From Octopus bimaculoides (lineage: Eukaryota), in contig NC_068985.1 of assembly GCF_001194135.2 (NCBI RefSeq), positions 32,245,862-32,283,865 on the forward strand: a stretch of DNA of 38,004 nucleotides. Direction: 5' to 3'. The notes under the pieces are model-generated. The model worked only from the letters and a program-made list of their open reading frames with translations. It did no database searches and was not told where the DNA came from. This document shows positions 23,451 through 34,333 of this stretch, one piece after another. Each line of letters begins with the position of its first letter. Position 1 is the stretch's first letter. The translations under genes and the position numbers were made by a program.

Positions 23451-24527
23451 GCATATCTACAAAGTACCTCTGTTATTGTTATTGCACATTTACCTGATAT
23501 CTTACTAAAGGTTATTAGCCCTTCTCTGTGTGTTGCAATAAAATCTTGATTGAAATTATCAAAATTTACTTTGAATAGTTTTTTTTAAATTGCAAATTGG
23601 CAAAATGTAGTCAGAAAATCCAAGGACTGGAATGATTTTTACAATTCACAACTTTGTTTCCAATTTTTCTAATATACTTCTTATTTTATTTTATTATCAG
23701 ATTCAATTATGCCACCTGATTTTTCTGATCAAAGAAAGAAACAAATGTTGAGCAAAGTAATGACTTTCAAATACAGAAGAAAATTATAAGAAAATGAATC
23801 GTTTTGAAGAGTGGTTGGAAAGAGCCTATAGGCAGCATAATTTGGGAGTATCTCTGGATTGTGATTTTTTTCAATTCTTATTCTTGAAAGGAACTCTGAA
23901 AAAAAGAATTGAGTTATTAGCCCTTCTCTGTGTGTTGTTAAAAGATGAGTTTTCATATGAACACAAAATGTATTAACATTTTATTGCAATTCTTTTATTT
24001 TGCTCCTTTACTTTTAATGCATTCTTTCACAAAAACAGCCTAGAACTGTATTGTTCATTTGAGGTCAACATATTTCCCACAAATACAGTGAGAGTGCTGA
24101 TAGTTTTTCAGTTTTGGGTTTGAGTCCAGATATTATTAAGCAATTGAAAGAGATTCAGTTCATGAGCTTAAAAGACTCTTGGGCTACCTGTCCTTACTAT
24201 TATTTCATCAGTTCTAATTCTCTGAAATGCATTTGATTAGTGCAGCTTTTAATCATTATCAAAAGGTCTGTATGTTATGTGTGTTTCAACTGGATCAACC
24301 CTTCATAGACTACAACTCTCTTTCTTCTCTAAATTTGACTATATAGCTTATGTATCTGAAATGCATGTGTTTTTTAGGCAAATATTTCAGTGGCCAACAG
24401 TCAATATAGTGAAATTTTTGGTTATCTTTATTTCCCTTTGATTTCTGCCTAGTGTGTTCTATCAATTTATAAATAATAATTCATTATTAGCAATGGAAGC
24501 AACATTGGTTCAAAATAGCATTCTGCA

Positions 24528-25405
24528 CAGGGTCTTGCAGATAAATTGAGACAATTTTTATGATGCATAAAATTGGTTATAAATACTAAAATAATGGTAA
24601 TAGACAAATATAATTTTAATGTGATATATATTACAACAAAAGCATCACTCAGTATGGCCACCCTTTTGGACAATTACTGTTTGCATATGAGAACGAATTT
24701 TTTTTGCAGCTGCTGCAACTTCTACTATTTTGATTTTGCATGTTATATGCACGATGCAGGTCTTCAAACTGTTGACGCTCAAGTGTGGTGAAGCATTGGA
24801 CCTTGCATGAAGTACACCCCATAAAAAGTAATCAAGAAGGTTGAGGTCTGGGCTATTACTGGGCCAGATGTTGACCCACACAAAAAATAGCACTTTCTCA
24901 CCAAGGAAGGCCTGTGTTGCTTTTGACCTGTGGCATGGTGCAGAATACTGGATAAGCACCACAATTTCAAGCCCAAACTTCTGCTCCATCCAAGTAACAG
25001 AGAGCTCTTCAGAATGTCCAGATACTCCTTTGTGCTGATTTTCAAGCCAGACTCAATGAAGTGTAAATCCATGACACTTCCATCACTTGCCACCGCTCCA
25101 AATACTATCACAGAGGTAGGATTCTTAGTCTCAAAAACAGGAGGGATGTCAGAAGGGTTGTATGCAATCACTTGAGAATTTCTGCAATTCACCTCAGCAT
25201 CTACAAACACGAGACTTTTTCCTGCACCTCGATGTTTGATGAATAACAGAAGCTTTAGGCATCTCTTGGCTCTGATTTGCTTTGGCCTTGGCTGTTAGGA
25301 AGTGATGGCATCCTCAAACATAGCTAGTCATGCCATGGTTCCTGTTCACAGTTCTGGACACTGTGAAAAGGAACACATTTATCTCAATTTATCTGCAAGA
25401 CCTTG
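24528..25405 (-). mobile_element. DD37D (maT-type) Tc1/mariner transposon, internally deleted, both TIRs present
   Basis: TIRs CAGGGTCTTGCAGATAAATTGAGACA (24528-24553) and CAAGGTCTTGCAGATAAATTGAGATA (rc, 25380-25405). Frameshifted transposase: VIVFGAVASDG, QYSAPCH...WPSNSPDLNLLDYFLWG with 37 residues between the second catalytic position (now Y) and the third D; ends KGGHTE. Confidence 0.93.
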
Positions 25406-25425
25406 CATGTCTTACTTGACATGAA

Positions 25426-25546
25426 TATACTATTGAAAGCTGCAAGACTGCAGTATTCATCTTGAGAAAGCTTCTCTTGCACTATATGTCTAAATGAAAA
25501 GCTTTCTCACGATAAATATTGCAGTGTGGTGGCTTTCAATAGTATA
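25426..25546. mobile_element. Foldback element / MITE-like hairpin
   Basis: 48-nt arms (25426-25473 and 25499-25546), 7 mismatches by eye, 25-nt loop; ends TATACTATTGAAAGC...GCTTTCAATAGTATA. Confidence 0.75.
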
Positions 25547-26479
25547 CCCACATTAAGTAAGTTAGACAAAATGTTTTTTAAATAGTAACTTTGCCTAAAT
25601 AGTTTTCTCTATGAGGATGATAGAATTCTGTACAATGTATTTGACATCCTTAGTTGTACAGACATTCAATCTCTCACCAAGGTTATTTTATTGTTTCATA
25701 TCTTTGTTATCATCATCAAGCAGGACAGAAAATGTGATACTTGATGTTTCATTGCTCTATTAATGCAGACATCTAGATGGATATTAGTTCTAATATAATG
25801 GCAGGGATTTTTATTCATAATTATATATTTAAAGTTTCTTAAAAACTACTCAACTCAAAGAGCCAAAAGTGTCTCTCTACTGCAATTCTTTTTTTTTTCC
25901 TCTTGTAACTCAAATACTACACATTGTAGAAAAGTTTTAAATTTCTTCATCATAATTCAAGGAATCCATAAGCAACAAGATAAAACTAGTAACTTGTAGT
26001 TTGGTGTGGGAACTATGAAGTTATTGTTTTAAGAGATTTCCGAGTAGTAGTGAACATCAGTGATAAAAGGGTATATAAGCCTACACTGTTGAAAAATCCC
26101 TGATACAAAAGGAATATAACATCAAATTCATTGCACAAGTTATAGATGAGACCTGAAATAGGGTGAAACTTTCTCACAAAACCAGTTGCAACTTATATTC
26201 ATAATTTTACTTGTTTGTCTTTGCTAGAAGGGTTTATAACTTCATTTGTAATGATACTTTTTTGTTATGAGATACTCAAATCATAATTTGAACTTGTGTA
26301 CCAAAATGTTATGTGATCAAACTACATTGTTTCACAGCCTTCTATACATGACGGGAAAATCATGGAATTCTACAATAGTATATATAGCTCTACAATATAC
26401 TGAAAAATTCAGAACTTTGAAACCCATTTTTACTTTTTTATTTGTTCAAGAAATGGTTTACTAAACAAGATTTCCTTAA

Positions 26480-26930
26480 CATAATTTTTATGGGCTCTTC
26501 CATTTCAGTCTCTTATATACAGATAAATGATTACTTGCTGTAAATGCTTCCCACAAATTTCATTGTAGCATCTATTTCTAAATACTTTGGAATATAGTGA
26601 GATGCTATTAGTTGGCAATATTTTCCCACACATATAAGGTGGCGAGCTGGCAGAATCATCAACACACCAGGCAAAATGCTTAGTGGCATTTTGTCTGTCT
26701 TTACATTCTGAGTTCAAATTTTGCTGAGGTCAGCTTTGCCTTTCATCCTTTTGAGGTCGATAAAATAAGTACCAGCTGAGCACCGGGGTTGATGTAATCA
26801 ACTCTTCCCTACTCCAAAGCTACTGGCCTTATGCCAAAATTTGAAACTAATATTTTATCACACATTTCACAGTGGTATGTTTTCTTTTCTATATGAACAT
26901 TTTCTATAGAACATTTCAATGAACAATATA
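26480..26930 (-). pseudogene. Degenerate C2H2 zinc-finger fragment interrupted by a SINE
   Basis: Paralogue of 32180-32344: HIEKKTYHCEMCDKI [SINE] MCGKILPTNSISLYSKVFRNRCYNEICGKHL. Confidence 0.6.
26634..26848 (+). mobile_element. SINE family 1 with 17-bp TSD
   Basis: Flanked by AATATTTTCCCACACAT (26617-26633) and AATATTTTATCACACAT (26849-26865); empty site at 32274-32290; only 3 CpGs left. Confidence 0.95.
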
Positions 26931-28239
26931 ATTATTTTCAGTGGCCTTTCTGCCACTGTAATTATTGTTGAATTACTTGTAGCAATGGCTACAAACTAAC
27001 TACAATGTTTTAAAAATCACACAGATTCCAATATGCTTTTCTTTGCTTGGTAGATTTGAATGAATACTAAAATTTCCTCCAAGCTGTCTTGTAATATTTG
27101 TATTTACAATATTATTATGATTGACTAAATTATTGTAAAGAAAAGTCAGTGAACTTGTGTACAGCAGTGACTGTAAACAATAATGCCAGTTACTATGTTT
27201 TCTGTGGTAATTCCATAAGATGAGTTGTGCTATCTTGTTTTTCAAATGATTCTAGTAAGGTGTGCTAAGTACTATTTTCTACTCTACTGAGGCTAATTTT
27301 TTATCTTAACCAAATAATAAAATATGGCACTCCTCTCACATTGGTGTGCATGCATTTTGGGTTATTTGTATAATTCACATTTTATACTGGAATTTTTCTT
27401 AGATTTCAACTAAAAAAGAAATAATAGAATTATAAAATGATTATTTTTATTGGATGTGAGAAGAAAAATCAAAATATTTATTTGTTTTTGTTTATGATTG
27501 AATTGATGATAGTGGGTCATAAACATATTACACTTATTGAAATTAACAAAATATACAAATGGCATCTATATTACAAAACAATCTGTTTTGCTTATTAATT
27601 TACTGAACTAAAACCTTTGACTTACATATAATTGTATGGTGATTATTCATTGTCATCAATTAATTTAGAAGGAAAAAATTATGCAAATATTAAGAAAGGC
27701 ACTCATGCTAATGTGAGATGGGTGTTATTGGTTTTTTTGATATGATACCACCAACACCGAAGATAACTTAGCCAAGTATCCAACATTTTCAAACTGAAAT
27801 GGATAATGAATGAAAAAAGCATGCTGTTAACAATAAAGAAGCTACTACTAATTTTGTGGTATTTTTATGTCAATACATTAGGTGTTAGACAAAATGTTAA
27901 TGTTACTGCTTGTTTTAACTAAAATGATGGCTCTCTGATCTAGATATTATATAACAATTCTGTCTTCAGTACATCAGTGTTTAACTCCTTGAACTCTGAC
28001 ACCTTTTCACATGTTTTGCTACTTTATATGACACCTTTGTTGTCCCTTTGTATCTCAGTACTCTTGCATATTCTGGAACTTACTTTGGTAATCATGTACT
28101 TGAGAATACATATTATAGAAATACTAACTAATATCCAGATTTAGTTTGAGTCTCAGTGGCAAGTTTTAATTTGAGTGAGTCTTTATTCTGTGCTGTTGAA
28201 TTGGTCATTTTTCTTTTTTTGCCCCAATTATTTTAGCCT

Positions 28240-28800
28240 ACACCAACAGATATTATGATAAGCATCTTATTGCAGTTGTCTGCCTTCAAGAACCTCTTCA
28301 GAATGGTGATTTAGAAATGGATTCTTGCCATGTATATGCCCCAACTAATTCATTAAATTCTTCAAAGTACCATGAAGAGTAATAGTTTTTCTTTGGTGGT
28401 TGGCAATCTTTATTGACTTCATTAACAAGAATCCAGTCCACATAAAGCACTTCATCATCATTCCTAGCTTTACTAACACCTACATCTTTTTAACATTGTG
28501 TTATCTACTCAATTTTTGTTGGTACTACACTGCAAGAAGGTGTTATTATTTATTGGTTTTGAATACCACATAGGAATTCTTCTGTATATAACTGGGATGT
28601 ATTTTAGAACCCATCAGCTTGCAAAGAAATATGCAATGAAGCCACAAAATAGATTTCTTGTTGTTCTGATTAACATTTCTATTAAATGACTTCTATTGAT
28701 CTTTGCTATTGTCATGGGGTTGCTTGTGCCAAGATGGTCTATGATGATGCATTGTGAACATCTGGATCACTATGTCACAATGGATGGCTTTCTAACCACT
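28240..28800 (+). mobile_element. Possible very old LINE endonuclease (APE) relic
   Basis: Motif-like pieces in APE order across frames: DKHLIAVVCLQE, CHVYAPTNS, LYITGMYF...VLIN, LDH. Heavily decayed. Confidence 0.3.
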
Positions 28801-28802
28801 GT

Positions 28803-29268
28803 TGTAGTGTGCTTGTTGGTGTTGTACTGTAGTGTTTTGAGGTGTGCTGGCTGTATGAATAATAACTGAAGCAAACTCAGGAGCCTTTAACTTTAATATT
28901 TATTGCCAGGCATATTTTGTGTAGGCTGTTTACAATGAAAGATGCTAATATAATTGCCAATTGGGAGAAAAGAAAACCACACTGTGCTTGTAGGAAACTA
29001 CTTATGGAACATTGTATGAATGTTCAGAATCAGCTTGTGCAAAGGTCCAAAGCTGTCTGCTCAAATGCCTGAGGTCATCTGCCTGCGGGATTAGGCACCA
29101 AACAGTTTTATGGAGTGAAAAGAAGGTAAATTCAAGAACATTCAAAAAGCCATTTCATGTCACAGCTTCAGGCTGATTGGTCAATTTATAGATGGATCAC
29201 ATGAAACTGTGGTGGCTTACTCATGATGACTGATTGAATATCGCGAGGTTAGGGTTAAAACCACTACA
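28803..29268 (-). mobile_element. Ty3/Gypsy 3' LTR
   Basis: Minus strand starts TGTAGTG right after a polypurine tract and ends CACTACA (28803; alternative end 28828); AATAAA at 28904-28899; lies downstream of the integrase. Confidence 0.7.
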
Positions 29269-29291
29269 GTAGTCTTCTCCCAGTTCTTTAC
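29269..29291 (-). mobile_element. Polypurine tract (PPT)
   Basis: AAAGAACTGGGAGAAGACTAC abutting the LTR TG. Confidence 0.65.
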
Positions 29292-29625
29292 TGTAAAAGC
29301 GAAAAGAATGAAATAAGAAAACAAAGAATTTACATAGAAATACAATATGCCAACACAAATGCAAAAAATAAGAAAAACAAAATGTATTGAAAGGAGAGTA
29401 AATGCTGAGATAAGGTTCATATAACAATGATAAATTTGTTAGATATGCAGACAGTTCTGCTGTTCTTTTTTCTTTTCCTAGGGTGGGGGTAAAAAGTAAG
29501 TTCAAGTGTAATTAGCTGGCCAATAGACTTTTTTGACATTTTTGGTTATCCTGTCTGTGTGAGGTGCAATGCGTTATTTTCTTGTTTGAATTGTTTGGGT
29601 GTGGTAGAGGTATTGACTTGACAGA

Positions 29626-30155
29626 AGCCTACTTAAGTCTGTCAACACTGACAGTCTCCTACCTTCCCTGTATGTCGAAGGTCATATAGTTCAGTTTATT
29701 TTTTAGCACATGGTATAGACCAGGATAAACAGTTTGCAAAGGATGTTTAACTGCACATGAAGACATGAGTTCAGGTATTTATGCTGAATGGAATAAAAGT
29801 TTTAATTGACTGCAGTCTCGTAATTAATGGAGGTAACTCCACCATGTAACTTAGCAGTTGATGAATATAGTCAGTAGGATCATGCTGTTGATTACTGTTT
29901 GACCAGGTAGCGTAAGTGCTGAACTGTACAGTAATTCTCCTGGGGAGTAACTTCCTTAATAGCTGTACACATAAACCTAGTAATGCAATCAGCAGGGCTT
30001 CTAACCGTCTATCCGAATCAATATATGCTCATAAAGCTGCTTTAAGTTGGTGATGAAAATGTTTGATCATTCTGTTAGACATGGAGTGATAAGCTGTTGT
30101 ATGAATTCTTTCTGCACCTAACAGATTAAATAAGTGGTGGCTCACTTCTATCTTG
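29626..30155 (-). mobile_element. Ty3/Gypsy integrase remnant
   Basis: LGAERIHTTAYHSMSNRMIKHFHHQLKAAL*...DPTDYIHQL...KHPLQTVYPGLYHVL...GR*ETVSVDRLK*A: integrase core end plus GPY/F-type C-terminus, with stops and frameshifts. Confidence 0.9.
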
Positions 30156-30719
30156 CAGTTAGGGTTTGGATCACTACACTATTCTATCTTTATTTTGATG
30201 AACTTGTAAGACAACAGTATAATATACTTTAGTCACCATGAAATCATTTGGTGTCCTGCCATTTACCATTAAGTCCATTTTTTAAATATATATACTTTGT
30301 ATTGCAGTTCCAGTATTCTTTGGATACAGTGTCTCAAACAAATATTTGCAGTTAATAGTAATGAATGCTTATTTTCAAACCAAGTCATGATGATAATGGG
30401 TCTGCTTCATTCTACACTCTTTCTCAAAGACGCAATTATAACACATACTTTCTTTGAAAGCTTTGGAATGGTTTGAACTTCTGAATTATGAACGAAGAGC
30501 AGTCAATCCTGGTTATTACTTGAATAAATGTGCTTTAACACTTTTGCCTTATAATTCATAGTTGAAACTTCTCAGTAGTTGCTTAAGTTTTATGGTTCTC
30601 TTACTTTTTTGGTGGTGAGATGATAAAGCCTGGTACCACTTTCAACTACTTGATTACGTGGTTTCTTTACAAGATGTTTCCTCTGTACTTATTGCTTCTT
30701 TAACTATTTTTATATTCAG

Positions 30720-30812
30720 ATGACAGCGCTTTTCGTGAATAGGAAAAGCATATTAGCTCAAGTGAAGTTTAATCAATCAGGAACTGGAGTTCCACAGATT
30801 TGAACCATCTAT
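30720..30812 (+). other. Candidate non-coding exon inside duplication unit 1
   Basis: ttctttaactatttttatattcag| ... CTAT|gtgagt; 93 nt; stops in all frames. Confidence 0.35.
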
Positions 30813-31889
30813 GTGAGTTTTTAGAAATTGCTGAAAGTATATAAACATTGTTATAAAAAAAGTTGCAACGACACTGCTGGAATAACATAGTTGGCATCTT
30901 TCAAATAGCAGCCAGTTTGGTATCTGCAAAATTCAAAGAGCTAATATAGACCAAAAGTATGCAGTCAGAAATTTATTTCCATTATAGACAAAAAAAAAAA
31001 TCCTTAAGCACTAAAGAATTCTTCAACATTTTTTCCTACTCTTTAATTCTTGTATCACCTGTACTTGAGTGTGAAAGTCAGTTGTAATTCATTCAAAAAT
31101 TTGAATAGTTCACTCCCATATTTGCATACCTTTGCATTTCTAAATGCACTCTATTTAATTAATCTTCATTGTTTCTAGCAGAGTTTATTGCAACTTTTGG
31201 AGAACAAAGTTTATATATTTTTGGTGATACTTTCTAGTATCAACAATTTCCAAAGACCCTCATTGATGGCTCAGATGTGTGTTATTCTAGTTCCTAATTC
31301 AATAAACTTTACTTTATTTAACAAATATACTGTTCCTATCAAAATCTGTCTTCAAAAATATAACACTAAGAGAAACATTTTTTATCCTAATTCCTGTTTT
31401 CTTTTTTAATTCCTATGTGTTTATTGTTTTTTTGTTTTTTTTTCTGCTGATGTTTGCAACCATTATCATTCTCATAATGATTTTAACAAATCAAGTTTAT
31501 ATGGCAAAAGTATTTTTACTCAGGTGTGAATCCGTTTGTGTTTAGATAAATGACCTCTTTTTAAATAAGTTGTCTGAAGTTCAATTATTTTGGAGAAATG
31601 CTTCACAAATTTGCCATTGACAAAGTTTCATTCTTTTGATGACAAAAGAGCACTATTTAGTGGATGTTGGTTATGTGTATTCCTTCTCGATAACTGTTTT
31701 GCATTATGCTTTTTTTTTCCCCCCATATAAATCCAGTTTTGTTTAATTTTTGAATGATAATCAAGGATATTGGATACTGTTTACAGAGTATAATGTCAAA
31801 GTAATGTTTGGCAAAAATTGTTGATGTGAATTAAATATATTTTACTTCCATTTATGCTTTCACTGGAGAAATTCATCACTAATGAAGAA

Positions 31890-33990
31890 TTCTTGTTCTT
31901 AAATACTCAAATTGTTATAATTTGAGTTTGTGTACTAAAATGTTACACTATATTGTTTTAGAGCCTTGTAAATTAACACACCTTGCCACTATATTCATTT
32001 TCCTTTCTGTGAAACAAGGCAATTGTGGAATTCTGAAACAGTTTAAGCTCAAACAGATACTGAAAAATTTAGAGCTTTGAAACAGATTTTATTTTCACAT
32101 ATAGATATATGTGTTTATATTCAGAAAAAAATTCCTTTAACGTAATTTTTATGGACTCTTCCATTTCAATCTGATATATACAGATAAATGATTGGTGTAA
32201 ATGCTTCCCACAAATTTCACAGTAGCATCTAAATCTAAATATTTTAGAATATAGCGAGATGCTATTAGTTGATAATATTTTATCACACATTTCACAGTGG
32301 TATGTTTTCTTTTCTATATGAACATTTTCTATAGAACACTTCAATGAATGACATGATTAGTTCCAGTGGCTTTTTTTTTGCCATTGGAACTATTGTTGAA
32401 TTACTAATAGTAATGACTACGAAGTAACTACAGTGTCTTAAAAATCACACAGATTCAAATATGTTTTTCTTTGGCAGATTTGAATGGACACTAAAATTTC
32501 AACTAAGCTGGTCATTCTTTCTCATTTCTTTTAATATTTACAATTACAATATTAATACCATTTACTAAATCATTATAAAGGGAAGTCAAAGAGATTGCAT
32601 ACAGCAATGACTGTAGACAATAAAACCAGTTAGTATGTTTTGCATGATAACCAACAAATGTAATGATGGGTCTATATCATAATATTCTGTTTCTCAGATA
32701 TTTTTTTAACACAAATATTTGCTTTGAGACCCTTGAGATGGTTTAAACTTCTGACCTATGAGCAAAGAGTTGTCAGTATAGTTTAATTTTGTACCATGAT
32801 TCACAATTGAAATATCTCAATAGTTGCTCATATTCTGAGATTCTCTTTCCTTAGATAGTGGGATGATAAAGACCGATTTCCATTCTTCTGTTGTGATAAC
32901 ACTATCAAATGCTTGGTCACATGGTTTCTTTGATCCATTAACTATTGTTATATTTAGATAACCGCCTTTTTCATTGGGGAAATAACCTTTTATGAACCGT
33001 GAAGAGTATAGGCATATCTTCCAAATAGCAGCCAGTATTGGCAGAAATTCAAAGTGCCAAATAAGATGAAACATACAAATCCTTAAGCATTAAAATGCTT
33101 TTCATTCTTTTTATTTTACACTTTGACCTAATGTTTGAGTGTGGAAGCCATTTAGGAATCTTTCAAAATATCATTGAATGGTTCTTGCCCAAGAAATTTT
33201 GTATTTCTAAATACACTCCATTTATTTAGTTCAAGTGCTGTATTTGTTACAAATTTTCTGTAACAAAGTTTATAGACTTTCTACTATGTTATAGCTAGTA
33301 TCAACAATTTCCAAAAATCCACATTGATGTTCTAACATTTATCATTTCACTTCCTGACTTAGTAAACTTTTAGTTATTCAGTAAATTATGTTCCTAATGA
33401 AAATGTTGACTGAGGATTTTATGGGAATTTGTCTATTATAATGTAAAGCTAAGAGTAATTTTCCTTTTTAATTTTTTTCTTTTCTTGCTTTTTTTTTCTA
33501 CTTGCTGTTTTTTTGTCTCTCATATTGGCTGCCATAATCACTGTGATAATGATTTTGACAGTTCAATTATGAGATAAAATATTTACTCTTGTGTGAATTT
33601 ATCTGTGTTTAGAAAAATGACCCTTCTTAATTCTGAAGTCCAATTATTTGGGTGAAATGCTTCACAAATTTGTTGTTTACAGTTTCATTCCTTTGATGGT
33701 AAAAAATACTATTTGGGGTATCTAATTTTAAAATTATGTGTATTCTTTCCCAATAATTATTTATGCTTTTTTTTCTGTTACAAATTTTTTTTTTCAAATA
33801 AAGTGTTGTTTTAAATTATATTTTTCTTGATACTTACAAGCCAAATCTAATTGGTAGCTATCTTTGTATCAACCTAATGCCCTTTGTCTTTACTGATAGT
33901 GAAGGATATTGGATACTATTTTCAAAATAAAAATTGAAAGTAGTGTTTGGTGAAAAAGATTAATGATAGTTGGAAAAAAATATGGTTGAT
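31890..33990. repeat. Tandem segmental duplication, unit 2 (insertion-free)
   Basis: Joins directly, near 32655, the sequences that are separated by ~3.1 kb in unit 1 (27215 and 30380). Confidence 0.88.
32180..32344 (-). pseudogene. Degenerate C2H2 zinc-finger fragment
   Basis: HIEKKTYHCEMCDKILSTNSISLYSKIFRFRCYCEICGKHL: TGEKPY-like linker and two C-x2-C pairs, but His ligands are absent. Confidence 0.62.
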
Positions 33991-34034
33991 TTCAACTGGA
34001 TCAGAATCATGTTGGAGAAAAAGTAATGCAAAGG

Positions 34035-34333
34035 ATGATCTTCAAACGTTGGGCCTCATGGAGGCAATGACAAGTGACCGAGACCTTTAGTGATATATCA
34101 TGCTTGAGAAGACTTGTCAAACCAAGTGAAATTGTAGTTGTGGCCAATGCCAGTGTGACTTAACTGGCACCCATGCTGGCGGCGTGTAAAAAGCACCCAT
34201 TATACTCTTGGAGTGGTTGGTGATAGAAACCATGCCAAATCAGATTGGAACCTGGTGCAGCCCTCCAACTTACCAGTTTCAGTCAAACCATCTAACCCAT
34301 GTCAGCATGGAAAGCAGACACTAAATGATGATT
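34035..34333 (+). mobile_element. RTE LINE 3' fragment
   Basis: CAAACGTTGGGCCTCATGGAGGCAATGACAAGTGACCGAGACC matches the 9150-9200 copy; 3' UTR ends AAATGATGATT. Confidence 0.9.

Larger units (their letters stand above)
26260..31850. repeat. Tandem segmental duplication, unit 1 (with insertions)
   Basis: Colinear with 31890-33990, e.g. ATACTGAAAAATTCAGAACTTTGAAAC (26397) vs ATACTGAAAAATTTAGAGCTTTGAAAC (32057), CAAATAGCAGCCAGT (30902 vs 33022), AAGGATATTGGATACT (31763 vs 33902). Boundaries approximate. Confidence 0.88.

Noticed and set aside
24099-24150. SFSVLGLSPDIIKQLKEIQF resembling a DEAD-box Q-motif start
   Set aside because: Lacks the PTxIQ part, the frame closes soon after, and no helicase motifs are found nearby.
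28785-28802. Primer-binding site after the LTR (TGGTTAGAAAG on the minus strand)
   Set aside because: I cannot match it to a tRNA 3' end, and this LTR follows a PPT so it is a 3' LTR.
32817-33074. ORF with EEWKSVFIIPLSK...SNY resembling the start of a LINE RT
   Set aside because: The paralogous segment in unit 1 does not keep the motif; too weak to call.
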